A stretch of DNA of 64,000 nt from Schmidtea nova. Taxonomy: Eukaryota. Below are positions 37,399-52,764 of this stretch, piece after piece. Under the pieces are notes generated by a model that searched no databases, had not been told where the DNA came from, and saw only the letters and a program-made list of their open reading frames with translations. A program made the position numbers and the translations under genes. The stretch lies in NCBI GenBank assembly GCA_044892505.1, contig CM097883.1, forward strand, positions 392,212,001 through 392,276,000, read 5' to 3'. How positions within the stretch are numbered: the stretch's first letter is position 1; each line of letters starts with the position of its first letter.

Positions 37399-39090
37399 TC
37401 AGAAATGAAAGGACTCAGAACATCCTGGACATAGTGGTGGTTTTTCCGGGCATGTTTTACACCTATATGACATCTCTTTCCTAATTGTTTTAGCCGAACA
37501 TTGTTTTTAACATTGAAAATAAGTTTTACGCTTAAAATTGATGGGTAGAGGGATCTTTTCCAAGAAATGTTGTCCTGTAGATGCTGTTGATGTAGATTCT
37601 AATGAATTTCTTGTTTGTTTCGGCCGGCCACGCACTGGTGTTAATGTCGCTAATTTTCCCCCAGTATTTGCGGTATTATTTAGTTTGATTAGTGATTGTA
37701 TTAGCAAATCTCTTAAGTGTAAAAATGTTGTTTTGTTATTAAACTGACGATGAATTTCAGACGCGAAAATTCAAGAGATGAAAAACAAGTTTTTTATACC
37801 ACCTTATCGTTTTTCGCGGTGATGAATAGTAAGAAACCGTCACTTTTGTAAATTCCAGACATTTTCAAATTATATTCAGCTATATCATTTGGTTTATTCT
37901 TTTTTCCCATATCTATTGCTGACTTCAATCATTTCCGGATGATGATTGGTTGTTATGGATAGAACTTCCCGTTTATCCCGCCATTTTGAAACATAAATTC
38001 GACCCTGTCTGTGCCAAATATGTTCGCCCTTTTTTAACTTTTTTGAAGTTACTTCAATTACCTTTTCTATTTGAACGAAGCGTGTCGGTTTTGTGTGTTT
38101 TGTATACTAGAAGCTCTTTTGACAATTCGATGTTGTTATAAAAATTATCCACAAGCAAATGATGCCCCTTATGCAATTATTGTTGCATCAATCGTAAAAC
38201 AAGATCATTTGTTTTTGAAGATAACTCTGGATTACTTTGTTTTCCCTGATAAATTTCAATATTTAGGACATATCCATTCGGCGTAGTAAGTTCATACAGT
38301 TTTATGCCATATTTGGCCTTTTTCCCTTTTATATATTGCTGAAAACTCAGACAACCACGAAACAATAAAAAAGATTCGTCTAGTGAAAGTGGTTTCAATG
38401 GTAAAAATGACGCTTGAAAATTGACAAGAATTGGCTTTAGGAGAGCATATATTTTTTCAATTTTTCCGTATTCTCAGTATCACCAATATAATGCCCGTTA
38501 ATGCAGCGTAATAACTCTTCAAAACGGCGTCCAGACGTGGTGTATGCAAATACAGGTGAATAGTAAAGAGGATTATTACTAAACATATGTCGAATGGATG
38601 GAACTTTTTTTTTGAACTTGAAGCAAGCAAATTTAAGTAGCTCTTCTTCATTTGTTTCAACAAAATCAAACTTGGCATTCTTTTTTTTTTAACTACGATT
38701 TTTTTCAAATAAGTTCTTTTCATATTTATTAGAACAACCGACAATTATCTCAATTATATTTTTTGAAAAGAGTTGATCGAAAATATCTTTAGCACTGGAG
38801 TTTATACATACATTCATTGTAATGCCACAGTTACTATCGTTAAATTCAAAATTAATCAATTTCACCTTATTTTCATACCACATATCGTCATCGTTAGTAA
38901 TCCTATCATTATCTTCCATTACTGGTGGGAAAACTGCACCATTCCCACTATCAGTATCATCGTCGCTTTCAGTTTCTTCATCCTCGGAGGATACGATCAC
39001 AAACTTTTCTTCCGACGTAGAGTTGGAATCCAGCTTTCATCACTATTGTCACCAAAATCACTATACGTATCAGAAGTAAGGCTTTGATAT
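37399..39090 (-). mobile_element. piggyBac (PGBD4-like) transposase pseudogene
   Basis: SLDESFLLFRG..FQQYIKGKKAKYGIKLY core, acidic N-terminus, and C-terminal Cys-rich CSAKTIRKEMSYRCKTC..PPLCPGC..FH*. A candidate TTAA-CCC end lies at 36263-36269; no matching second TIR found. Confidence 0.92.
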
Positions 39091-39454
39091 TCATCAATGA
39101 TTCCATTTCAGGGATTAATATATATCCTACCTAAAGCGATCTATTCACACATGCACCAGCAGTATTAATTTCACTAAAAATATGTATACTTAAAATATTT
39201 AATCATACATATACATAAAATATATACTTACAGATCCAATATATAACATAAACTAATCCTAACAGAAACACACTTTTCAACTGACTGTTGAAACTAACTG
39301 ACTTGTTCAAAACAAATCAAAATCAAAAAGTAATATATTTAACAATACAAATTATAACCAATTACGAAAAAAAACAGAATTTTTTTTATCAAAACACCAT
39401 TGTTAATTATTAGGAGAGGGGTCATGACAAACAAATAAAAAAAAGTTATAAATT

Positions 39455-40533
39455 GTGCCTTCAATGGTAGCCCAGGCTGCTTGGATAGCCATTTTCAGCT
39501 CTTCCTGACTCTGAAACTGGCCATTGTCAGCGTATACATGCCTGACGAGGATCCCCCATAAGTTCTCCATGGGGTTTAAGTCTGGACTTCACGCGGGCCA
39601 GTCTAAAATTCCAATATGATGGGCTTCGAGCCATTCATTGGTTTCTCGACTGGTGTGAATAGCCGCATTGTCTTGTTGAAATATGCAGTGAACTCTGCGA
39701 AATCTGTGCAGGAAAGGCAACAAACTGGCTGATAGCACATTTATATATTCTGCGCTATTCATTTTTAAAAAAGCAAACTGCAATGGCGGACATCTGTTTG
39801 CTGAAAACGCCCCCACACCATCACCGATCCACCGCCAAAGTTTCTTTTGGAGAAAAAGTGTTGTTCGCGTCGCAAATCACGCCAGTAACAACATCCACCA
39901 TCCGGTCCGTCCAAATAGAATTTTTTTCCGACAGAAAATATCAACTAAAACACAAAAATAAAAAAGAATTCATTTTAAACATACATGTATGTGGTAAGAA
40001 AAATCTGAGAAAAGTGCTCACTTTTGTCCAGTCAGTGTTCATGTTGTTACGGCCAAATTCCATCCACGCTGCTATGTGATGTGGGAAAAGCCGTGGAATA
40101 CTGTTCATAGTTTGTCTTTCGATATTTGGATTGCGTGATAATGAACGCCAAATAGTACTTTTACTAACATTTAAGTCAAGATCATGGGCAATGCGTTTAC
40201 AACTCTTAGTTGTATTGGCAGCCTCATGTGCGACAGCTCGCTCTGCTCTTTCAGGCAGCTTTCTCTTTCTTTTTCGTTCCATATCCAAGAGAGTCCTTAA
40301 ATAATTATGAATAACACGATGATCACGGTCTAATTCTCTAGCAATCGCACGGATTCCTTTTTTCCTTACTAAAAGCGTCAATCATCCCTTTCTCACGCTC
40401 AGATAGTTGCGTTCCTCAAGGCATTCCAATATTGCAACAAAATTAATTGAATTTGCGTAAAAGAATTGTATCTACAAAAGATAGGAACAAACAAAATGGC
40501 CAAATTAATAAGTGGTGCTATAATTATGAAACA
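39455..40533 (-). mobile_element. Tc3-like (DD34E) transposon, near-complete transposase with a 77-nt intron (40021-39945)
   Basis: HTH region, W-T-K|L-I-F-S, KRNFGGGSVMVWGAFS, FQQDNAAIH, WPA*SPDLNPMENLW. 5' TIR-like AAAGTGTTTCATAATTATAGCACC near 40533. Confidence 0.93.
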
Positions 40534-41046
40534 CTTTAAAAAAGTAAAATATTAAAATATTATTTAATAAAGCAATACTTTTAAACTCTTAATATACTAC
40601 AAATATTGACTCACTATGGCCATTAACATAATAGATATTGATAAAAGTGCAAGTAGTCCTTCATGGTAAATTCCAAAAATTTGGGGTGGTGTTATAAATA
40701 TAAAACGCACTGTACTACTTACGCTATACTACACTATTAAAATAATAAATAAAATAAATAAACACTAATATTGTTACAAATGGATGATGGTTATAAATAT
40801 TGTCAGAGGATAATCACGAATGAGATTTGTCGATTGCATTGATTGAATAGACGTTTGGAATATTGATGGTTTGTGAGGGATGCTCATAAAAGATATTATT
40901 GAGGGTTGAATTGGGATAATTTCGAGGAATATTCGCTGTTGATATTATCGAATGTTTTCTGTTAAGTTTGATCGGATTGAGTCACAATTATTATTATCAA
41001 ATGTTCTTTGCACATATGGGTAAAATGTTCATGATTGAAGTATATA

Positions 41047-41230
41047 CATAGTGCGCCAAAAAATATCGTGCAATAACTAGGAAGCCAATTGAATAGAAAC
41101 ACCAAACTTTTACACAGTAACATTAAATGTATATACATCATTTTTCAACATAAGAGCCATTTCCATTCACACACTTTTGCCAGCGCTGGATCCGTTCAGA
41201 GAATGCATTTTTGAACATATCCGAGGACTG
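41047..41230 (-). mobile_element. mariner transposase 3' end and terminal sequence
   Basis: FKNAFSERIQRWQKCVNGNGSYVEK* is the typical mariner C-terminus; ends at TA. Confidence 0.8.
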
Positions 41231-42526
41231 ATCACACTGAAAACTCTTCATCTCTTCATCTCTTCCCTAAGATCTCTTTGTGATCTTAATCCACCATTTA
41301 AAACTATAAGTCCACAATCATAATTATTTGTCGCATAAAATAATAATAACAGCCAAAATAACTTTTAATCATTACATAGAATTAGAATACACCGGAAAAA
41401 CTCATGATCGATAAAATACCCGTTAGTATTGGATAAGATTCATTGTAAATTGGGTTAATTTTAAAAAAATTGATGCCCAAAAAGTTCGGTTTATGACGCC
41501 GTATTGAGAACCAAATTTTTTGTCAATGATAGTAATTTGCACAATCATAGAGTGAAGTTAAATTGTTGATTAATCTGATAGAGTAAGTTAGGAGAATTGT
41601 GTGGGTGAAGTTCTATATTAACTATACAAGAATGTTCCTAGAGTCTGAGGGGATTTTAGTTCCTGCCATCTGTCCTCAGGACTGATTCTCGCTATTGATT
41701 AGAACCAGACGAGAATTAGTTCGTTTACTGCAATATCGAATCAACTGCAAGGAGAGGGATGCCAAGTATGTCTGATTTTCTTTTATTTCTATTACCTTGC
41801 CACTAAAAAGTTCCGAGAGATGAGAGACAGTGAATTTCATTTGATTTAATTTCGCGATTAGATGTTAGAATTGAACTGAACACTATTTACTGAGTTGATT
41901 TGCGATTCGAGAGGGAAAACCGGATAAAACGTTAATAATAAATAAAACGTTAAAAATGTTGAGCGAAAACTGAATTTTGTTTGAATAATGCGGCAGTACA
42001 GCATGTAGGAGCTCGCACGAAGTAAACTTAAAATATATTTGAGGAAAATACCAAGTAAAACACAGTAATAACAAAAACACATAAATAATTAATTAAAACA
42101 CGTTTAAAAATTAAAATAAACACAAGCGCATTAAATATACAAGTGAAAAACACCACATAAAAATACCAATTATGTGATAAAATAACAAACAAGGAAAAAT
42201 TAACATATTTTTTTGAGGAAATTTTCGATTTTAGCTTAAAAATTCAAAGAAATGAAAATTTAAAAAATTTAAAAAATTTTTGTAAATTAAACAAAATTAG
42301 AAAAACTTTGATTCAAAAATAAATTTTAGATCAAAAAAAAAATTATTTAAAATTTTATTAAAATTTTATGCAAAAATAATAATTCAATTTTGCTTAAAAT
42401 TCTTAAAATTAATTTTGAAATAATCGAAAATTCTTTCTAGAACAATAATATAATTTTCATTATAAATTTTATCGAATTTAAAAATCTAATTTTATGTAGA
42501 AAAATTATTTTATTTTTGAAATTATT

Positions 42527-42557
<31 letters not shown>

Positions 42558-43429
42558 TATATATAAAGTTAAATCTCCCTCATGATATCACGAAATAGTT
42601 ATATTCTCAAATCAATACATCCATATCATTCATTAACACCATTCATATCTAATACCGTACAAAAATTTATTCATCTACCAATACACACATACCACATCTT
42701 TTCACTCAAGCACAATCGCGATCCATACCTATCTTATTTCATCACCCTTCTCGTTAACATCGTCCTTGCAATATAATGCATCCAGAAAATGTATTTAAAA
42801 AAAAATTATTTAATTTTAATTCCAAGCAAGCCAATCGTCTTACACAATGACCTTTTATACATCAATTTAGCCTACCCAGAGAAAGAATTCTCACTGCTTA
42901 TGAAAATTGGGAAAGTTATTCAATAACCTTTCGTACCCGTAACCAACCCTTCGATGAATCCTATCCATGCAAATTCTTTCCCGTAAATCCCCTTAATTCT
43001 AATTTGCAATGAGTATAGATTTTATTTTTTATTTATATGAACTAGAAATTATTCTCAGAAAAATTACGATAATATAAAAATAATTACTATAAAATACTAA
43101 AGCTATATCTATGTTTGGTTTTCGTCAAAATTTTATTATATAAATGAAAAGCATTATTGGAATTCATTATTATTATTTGAGAAATAAAGTCATACTGAAA
43201 AAAATTAATCAGAAAAATTCCAGAGCAAATGTCATAAAAGATAACATCCATAAATCAGTGTCATATATTTTGAAAATCCATGAGAGTGTTCCCACTCGAG
43301 AATGTGGGCTTGACTCTGCAATTTGCAACGATGAAAATATTTTTCCTCTATGATCATCGACACAAAAGATTCACGAGATTTTTCTGCAGCTATTTGAATA
43401 ATTATTCCCTTCACGATAGAATCATAGCG

Positions 43430-44165
43430 AGGAAAAATTGAAAGAAAGTTGGATTTTTCACCATGGTATCACCTGCTGAGTTATGATTCTTTAGCCAACT
43501 TGTTGCATAGGGAACTGCGTTCCAACTTTTCAATGGGCGACCAATTAAATTTAAAGTTATCCAATTTGTTACGATCTGCACTGTTAATATGGTTCTTATA
43601 TCAGCACTGCTAACAGCAATCGTATTAATGATATTTTTGCCTTTTTAATGTTTTCTGCAATTTACTAATTTCCTGATAACCATCACTTATTATATTTTCA
43701 AAATAATTACAGAAATCATTCTTATCGATATAAAAATGAAAAACTTTTTAAAATTCATCAAAATTCTCTTCGGCCTCTAACCACAGAACTACAATATCTT
43801 TTATTTTCCAAGTGGTCGGCTCTAACAAATTGGCTAGCTCATAAATTTTGCTGTTATCAATTTTGTTTTTGTTGTTTTTTTATCCTACTTGAGAGAAATC
43901 AGTCAATCATAATTTCATGTTTTTTATGATGCTGTCAATAAGAGAATCTCAGGAAAGGTTTCCATAAGTTCTCTTTTCGGCGAAGATAATATTTTTGAAT
44001 GCTTTGGTGTTTATAACTTCATCCTTTTTTTCGTAATTTCCGCGACGGTCTTTGAGAATTTGAAAAGTTCATACTGTTCTTCTAATCAGCTGATCTCCTC
44101 TGCAAATATTTATATTTCTTACTTGGAGGGCATTGGATAGTAGAGAGCACTCCTGGAAGATATCA
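43430..44165 (-). mobile_element. hAT transposase remnant (ZNF862/KIAA1586-like)
   Basis: DIFQECSLLSNALQVRN... and INTIAVSSAD...TLNLIGRPLKSWNAVPYATSWLKNH; stops and a deletion. Confidence 0.65.
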
Positions 44166-46318
44166 ATCATTAGAGCTAAACAGGACATACAAATTATTAT
44201 TGATTTATTATTATTAAAAATTGTTTAATTTTTTATTAGATGACAAAATAAAATATAAATTAACACATTGATGACGGTATGCTCTGATAAGCATTTATCT
44301 TTAATTACTAATCCTTATTTTTATTAATAAATGATTTCAGACTGTGCAATTTGAACTACATCTTCCTCTGCTTTAGAGTCGTCAGTTGTCCAATTTTTCA
44401 CCCATTTAAGTAAAAATATTTATATTATATTTTCACTGTAGTGTTTAACTTTTTATATATTACGAATTAATTGAACAATGCACAATAATTTATCTAAAAC
44501 AAAATTTTCTTTGACCACTTGATTTATACCGAATTAGTGTCTCCCGTTTCCAAATATTTGAAATATTGGACGTATTCCGAGTATTTTTCAAGTAAAAATT
44601 CACATTGTAAACATTTAATAATAAAATATATGCAGCACCGACATATGCATATTTCATTGTATTTTTCATCGCACTTATTGTATTGGCATTGCTATTTTGA
44701 TTACTCTTGTATTAAATTTATGTGGGATACTTTCTTTTCTATTGATATTTGTTAACAATAAATTACCAAAAATGTAATCAAAATATAATGCTTTTAATAT
44801 AAATCAATATATGGGTCTATTTTGACTTAAAAGACTTATTTATTTTGGGGGACGAATAAGAAGATTTACTAAAGAAACTAAAATGTAATATCTTTATATA
44901 ACATTTATATTTTTACTAAATATTTAACATATAAATGAAATTTGGTAAATTTTAACTCTCTTAATTTAATTTAACATACCAATATATTTTTTCATTTATC
45001 AATAACAGTTTATGGAGTCGTTTATGAAGTTGTAATAATCACTAGTTCATGTTTCAATTTAATTCAATTTATAATTGTTTAATAGTTTGTTTGTATCATC
45101 AAACAAAAATTTCGAACAAAGTTGGATCTTACTTATACTTTAACGGTTTTATTATCGAAGGTATTTTATATAAAATTCGACAATGTAACTTTATTCAAAA
45201 TAAATTAACATTTATAGCGAAATTTTTTTTATTAAGACTGATTTATTATTGACTTTCTAATTTATTCTATACATTGCTCTATATTTATACGGATAAAATT
45301 AAATTCAGAAAAATGTTAAAAATGTGAATTGATAAAATATATGAATATGTTAACAATAAATGTAAAAACAAATAAAATTCAGTAAGATAATTACTGGTCA
45401 CAAATGTAAAAATAATTATTAGTTTTATATCACTTACCAGATGTAAAATGTAAAAATATAAAAGTTCAGACTTGTAAATAATAACAAAGCTAAAGACTAT
45501 GATTTAACTCACAAGAAAGTTTACTTTGTCTTATCTGCCAAGCGTTGTATTTAGAAAGCATAATTAAAATTAAAAAAAATTATTTTTGAACCTATCTCCT
45601 AATAAATAATGACAATATATAAGTATTAAGAATCAATAGTAATTTTTAATTCGTTGGTAGTCTAAAGCAGCGTTCTCCAACATTTTCCCAACTGTGAACC
45701 GCTGAAAATAGGATAAATATTTTTTTGAATATATTGGTTATTAGCAGCTAAGAAATAATAGTTTATATTTTCTTAGTTAAGCAATTTAATTATCTATCGT
45801 AAACATGAATATTGACAAAATTTTATTGAATACCACATTGACTTGTACTGCGTGCTGCATTTCTTTTAAATTCTGAAATCTGGATATTAAAACAACTGAA
45901 TTAATTTTATTATAATATTTTATACAGTTTATTATAAATATGTTTATTTTAATTTAGTATATATATAATATAATATAAATACACATAAAGCAGAGACATA
46001 TAAAAAATTAAAATATCTGTAATTTAATTAACAAACGGCCTATCTATGAATTAACTATGTACATTAAAAATAAATTTTAAAATCTAAATTTCAACATAAT
46101 TGTTAAAATAAAGCAGTCAAATTTTTATCTATACTGTTCTAGAAAATCAAATTTCAATAATCACTAATTGATTAAATGCTTTCGATAAATTATTTATTAT
46201 CCTTAATCAGAGTGTTTAAGATAACAATATTTTGGAATAAATTATTAGTATCTGTTTAAAATATTATAAAGATAAAGTTTCATACACATAAAACTTGGGA
46301 TCGTTTGCCTGTTACTAG

Positions 46319-46379
<61 letters not shown>

Positions 46380-49300
46380 GTGTAACTATTCGCAAGAACT
46401 TTGTTGAGCGTTTCGATTTTCTAATGAAATTCATCTTACTTTGTTAAATCTGTTTTTTAAAAGAATTTCCTAGTGTTACTTTGATTAGGATCAGATATAA
46501 GCCCAATTTTTAAAATTTTATAACAAAAACACGCTATTTACACAGATTAGTAATATTAATAATATATAACAAAGTCTTTATTACTTTATTTAAGACGTGT
46601 ACAATATACATTAAAAACATAAAAATATGTTTAACATAAACATATTTGTTGAAAATGAAGCAAATCAATTAACATCGTCTTCGCAATTTCGTAGATACAA
46701 AGTAAAAAATTCTTATCAAAGGACAAACTACGAAGTTTATCATATTTTCTGAACAGCGTTGTTAAAGAATTGAGCCATTTTTGAGTCAATTTGTTTGATA
46801 TTAATTTTTAATTCGTTAATATTTTGAAAGATCACTTGCCTGAACAATTCGAAAAACTAACTCAAAATTAGGAAAGACTCGCACTATAAGCATCTTAAAA
46901 TGACATGTTTTGTTTTTCTGAGTAATTACCCTTTAAGTAAATATGAATAAAGCCATTTATTACTTTTATCAATATCTTCAGTGTAAAACTAGATTAAAAA
47001 TGCTAATTTTTTTCAAGTCTGATAAAATTCAAAAGAAATGAAATTTTTTTCAAAATGTAGTCATTCTTTTGCTTATTGTTGCAAATTAATTAATCACTAA
47101 AAGAAATGGTTTTATTTAAGTGTCTCGTAGAGACAGTGATTCGAGTGTATTAACTGCAATTAAAATCAGTTGCTCTCTTCATTTCTTTCCCTCGATGATT
47201 TTTAATTGACACCAGGTAGTTGCTTTTTAGCTCTTGTCTCGTTTTATTAAGTTGATCTCATAGTTCATTGAGATAGTTTAAGATATAAATAATTTTGCAA
47301 ATGTATTTAGGAAGTTTGGTTATTTTGCATTATTGCAGAAATGGCTTTGAAACGAACAAAGCTAGGAAAATTTTTTTGGCATTTCACCTCAAATTTATTC
47401 GAACTTCAACATCCATCTTCTTTTTAACAAAGTTTCACGTGTTCACACAAGAATCTCAGTGCCTAAACTAACCAAATATTTGAGTATTAACAAGTATAAT
47501 GTTTCCAAATGAAATAATCCTTTACTGTCTCGAATTGACAACATGGTCTACATTTTTGTTTAATCGTATCATTGCTATTAAAAACTTAAATTATTTATCG
47601 CCTGTGCTGGCGTATTGAGCATTTTTTCGATGGTCTTAGGCTACACGTTCACTTTCCCTATACACGCACGAGTATTGCAAATCCCTCGCACATACACCCA
47701 CAATAATCCTCATACAATTGTGTTGGAACTATATACTGCGCCAGTGAGTGTTAATGGACAGGTGAGCTACGTTGCCATGACTACTCCCTGCTAATCTACT
47801 CTTACGGGTTCCTTTTGGTCGATAAAAGACAATTTTCACTTTCCATATGTTCTTTCCTTGTTAGCATTTAGAATTTTGTCTACACCCCCCAGTTCTCTTC
47901 CTAACTTACGATAAATTATTTCAACTTCCTATTACCTGAAATCCCAATACAACAATAAAACATAAGATAGATAAGATGTATAAATAATATACATCAATAC
48001 ATTTCACACTTAAACGGTACTATATTTTCCAATAACTCGAACTCCTCTAAACCATTCAGAGTCGATCTGTTTCGTCACTTGTGACTTAAAATTCGCCTTT
48101 TGTTGTCACTTCAGTTTTTGCCGCAGTTTGACACTCAAGCTGTTATTTATTAGACGCCGTGATTTCTACTCTTGGAAGAGACGTTATATTATCCGGAGGA
48201 ATTGTGTTCACTGTCAAAACTATTTTTTAGAGTCTTACTTTCTGGACAATATCTTTTCATATTAGTCGTTGCTGCAGTTCTTTCACGACTGCGAATGGAA
48301 ACTAGGAATCATCTAGTTCCAGGATTTACTTCTTTAGTCTCTATTCGACCTGTTCATTCCAGACAGTCTGTTGCCGTGAAAATCTTATTTCTGTTGATTT
48401 GTGGAGTCATATCTAAATAAGAAAAAACTTAACGACGATTTTAAAGAATTTCTGCCTATCACATTTTCGACGACTGTAATTTCTCGCTCGTCCCATTTAT
48501 TCGTTATAATTTCACACACTAGACAGGTTTGTTGATTGCATTATAGTTTTATAAAACTTCCTCATCTAACATTTCTTTAACGATGAATACTTATTATATC
48601 CAAAACAATAGATCAATAGTCATCATATAGGTTGGTTAGTCTCGATTTTTCGATTATGCGACTCGACGCTCACACCACCCACGCATATTTGCGTCATGTA
48701 AATTTAATACCGAGCTACTTATAATGTACTCCATTATGGACGACTTGATTTATCTGTTTTCTCATGTGTTCCATAAAATGCAGTCAACGATGAGAAAACC
48801 CGAAATCACACCATGTTTTGCAGACGTCTGCTGTAATTAAATTCTAACTAGATTTTACGCAGAGATCATTCGAAATTACTGATTTATTCAACCTATCATA
48901 CTTTCCCTTTAATATTCTTAGATATTCTTATCCTATTGTTTAATTACAATGGTTTGACCTCCGTTCCGCCTCTGCGGTTCGGTGATCCAACCTATCGTGA
49001 TTCTCGTGGTTGGGAAGCCTCTAGAGTCCCTCTTACGAAATTTAAATAAATTGGGTGAGAAGGGAGCATAGTTGAAAACAATAAATCAAAATCTATCAAG
49101 GTTTATTGACAAATTCGATCATTTCTCTAAAGTTTCAAATAGTTGATAACAGTCACACTGGTTGATAATAGATAGTTTAAAGTTGAAAAAATACAGTTAA
49201 AAGTTCTGTAAAGTGTGTTAAAGTTTTAATAACAGAGTAGATGATGATTTAAGTCTTGAGACTGACTTGGCTAGTTCTTTATACACTATTTCCTCGTCTA

Positions 49301-51718
49301 TAGTATTATCTATTTATCTAGTCAATCATGGCTCTATTTTCATTTCTTAATTTTCATTTTTGTTTTAATTGATTTTCTTGATAATCCTAAATTATTTTAA
49401 TATTTCCTTTTTTATTTACTATTATTTGGTTTTAGTTTTTATTCCTTTTAATTGGTTATTTTTACGTTAAATTGATTTAATCATTATTACATTATTTCTA
49501 ATTTATTTAATCATTTCTATTTATCCCTATTTCTCTGTTTTATTTCGTTTCCTATTTTCTATGTGATTTCGTTGCGTGTTTGTGTTTATTTTCTAAATTA
49601 TAGTGTCGGACAAACACCAGAAAGTGATTCAAAAGCTGAAGATAATCATGCCGCCGTACTAATCGTCAAAGAGTGATTAAACTCGTAAATTATATTGTTA
49701 GTAAGTGCTCAAAATTTCATTATCGTTTTCAAACGAATAAAAAAGTAAAGACTATGAAAACTGACAGCCATCTTGGCAACCTTTGATCAATGAGGATGAA
49801 TTTCATTCGCCTAAAATTTTGAAGTAATTTGTTTTGGTACTGACTCAATGTGTCTCTTTGATCAAAATAATCCACAACCCAACAAATAACTGTTTATTTC
49901 TTTATAACAAAATTACACCATCAGTCGACAATGACGCTTTCCAAAATTTGTTAAATTTACAGATGCTTTCGCGAAAGTTACGATTATGTCTCTAATATAA
50001 TGTTCAAATTCATTCGATTATTTCGATAATAACTTATCTTCCGCTTTAAACTGACATGTGCCCTAATTAATCATTAAATTCTAATAAATCGACAGGATTT
50101 TCACAACGATGACTGATTCACTAGAGCTGTTTAATTATCAATTTGTTGATTTAAATTAAATAATAATTCTTTTTTAAAAGCGGTTCCCGATCTCTAAAGA
50201 AACTCTAATTATCTACTACTGAGCCACAATTTGAGAGGTCACTATTACGCCTATCAAAGTCGGCAATAATTGTTTTTCTCACGAGATTATCAATAAATTT
50301 TATATTAATTAATTAATCAGTTTGAATTTTGGTAGTATTGTGACCTGGGGTTCCATCAATTTTTAATTATTATATTCGTCTTTTACTTTTTATTTGCTTC
50401 CAACTCTCTCCAGAAAACATTCAGTTTTATTAATTTTTAATTTTATTTTTTACGAATTTTAAAAGTTAATTATTTTCTTTAAATTAAATAATATGAGCAA
50501 CGAATATTGATCAATCGAATCAATCGATTAACTTTTGCTATTTACATTTAATTTTTTAAATAATAATTCTTTATTTTAATATTCTTTATTTTATTATAAA
50601 GAATAACAGAAAAAGTTACGAGCATTGAATGCTGGGATAAATATTTTTTAAAACACGAAGATAAAAAAGCGATTGTGAAAATTCGAATAATTTACAATTT
50701 AAAGTGAATTATTATCAATTATTTCAACCTAAATTTACTTATTATTATCGAATAATTTCTTTTACTCGCAAAACAAAAAATGAATTTAAATAAATGCATT
50801 GAATAATAGCCAATTGGATCATTCGCATTGATTATTCATTGGTTTTATTCTATCATTGTTCGAACCTTACTCGTCTTTAATTCAATCGACTCATTTGAGA
50901 AATTTGTGGAAATCAACGGTAGTCTTAGTGTTTTGTCCGAAAGAAGATTTCATGCAACTATTATTTTTTTAAATTTTAATAAAATATTATAGAATTATAT
51001 AAAACAGCTTGAAACAATTTTATGGTTCATTTTATTGGAGTAATTGTCGTGTTGTAAATAACCATTAAACTTTATCAATAAAATAAAAATATTTGTAGTT
51101 CCGATTCTACTTCTGAAATAAATAAAATTCTAGAAAAATCAGCACTAAACTTTGCTATAAAAATGACTTAAAATTAATTAATAAACTATAAAAAAATAAT
51201 TCCAAATTTATTAAATATTATGTAATTTACTTTTTGAAAATTTTGGCATATACATTTAAATAATGAAAAATTCAATTTTGCAACAAAGACATCATGATTG
51301 TACCTTATTGATAATGTATGATCCCTTGTTATGAATTTTATTAATCTCAAATTGATGGTGTAAATCAAGGCTTCTTAAACTTTCATTCACGATTTCTTTT
51401 TATTTTGGATATTTTTTCGCGACTCCGGGTATTAGATATAAACATAATAATTTATTAATTGTTATTTATTGCTTATAATTTATTCACTTACTAAACAATA
51501 AACATAGATATAAAAGAAGCTTATGTTTTCTTGTAAAATTATTGAAATAATCACCGTTTGACCAGTTAATCTCCAAAATGAATAATGTTTAGTGCCACAA
51601 AAATATTATCACCATGATTATATGTAAATAAATTAATAAATAAGTAGCAAAAATAAGTAGACAAATTCACAATCACAATCTTACTAAGCAAATTTTTTAA
51701 ATCTTTTACATTTACAAA

Positions 51719-52660
51719 CTAAAAAAATTGCACAATTTTCTCATCGTCTTTCCACAAAAATGGTAAGTAAGGTCTATCTTCCTCCGCAACTCTTTTTTGC
51801 TGATACATTTCTGCGATATCGCTTACTATTGCTACCTTAAACCGTCTGAATCTTAACAAAATTTCGAAAAGATCATTTTGCAATTTCGGTCCTATTTCCA
51901 AAACATCATTTAAACACTTTCCATTACATCTTGCTGCAGCGTCAAATACTATTCGAACTTTCGACGTTTCGTTTTCCTTTCTTACAATGGGAAAAGGAGG
52001 CAATATCCACTTTGTTCCTGCTTCTTCTTGTTTACTTAACCTCCGAATGTAATTTTTACTTTCATGCTCCATCAAAATTCTTTCATATTCCTTCTTCAGG
52101 TCTTTATTTTTATCTAATTTTTGCTTTAAATCTTCTAGACGTTTCATCGCCATCTGTGTATTGTTTGATAAATCTTCTTTTCCAGATTTCCACGGTAAAC
52201 TCAGTTGGTAAAACATTCCCCTTTTAACTATTTTCTCTTCCGTAACTCTAATAATTTCAAGATCTCCTTTGGTCAAGAACACAGGGTTCTCCTTTAAGTC
52301 TTCGATTTCGCAGAACATCTTTACCTGCCCAACTAACTCCTCGTCTTTTGATAAATATGTTTGAACAAAGTTGGTTTGGTGGGTTAATGACAGGCCCAAC
52401 GTATTTCCACCTACACATGTCCAAAGAAGCGGAGTTAATCTAGCGATTGGTTCGTCCATCTTTTCATCCACTTCCTTCAGCGCTCTTTGTAAACCTAAAT
52501 AATCAGCTCCAATAAGAACCTGCACCACTTGTCGTTCGTAAACCATTGGAAACCGTATATCTTTTAGATGTTCCCATTGCCATTTTTCGTTTGCCCAATT
52601 TATTACTCTCATTTCCCCGGTTACACTTTTCACCGCTGCAGTCGTAAACTCTTTCCTCAT
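51719..52660 (-). mobile_element. BEL/Pao pol fragment (protease end to RT start)
   Basis: VLIGADY, PIARLTPLLWTCVG, SKVRIVFDAAARCNGKCLNDVLEIGPKLQNDLFEILLRFR, SDIAEMYQQ. Confidence 0.93.
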
Positions 52661-52764
52661 CTTTTAACCAAACACACTAAAGAAAATTTCATTCCAAAAC
52701 ATCCGTTAATCAAAAGTGAAAATAAAATTCATGTTCTCATTCTATAACCGATAAGTCTATCGTT

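Noticed and set aside
37743-37775. CTGACGA...CGAAA motif
   Set aside because: No stem II closes directly before GAAA, and it lies within piggyBac coding sequence.
41452-41458. GGGTTAA as the far end of the piggyBac element
   Set aside because: The adjacent sequence does not match the candidate left TIR at 36267.
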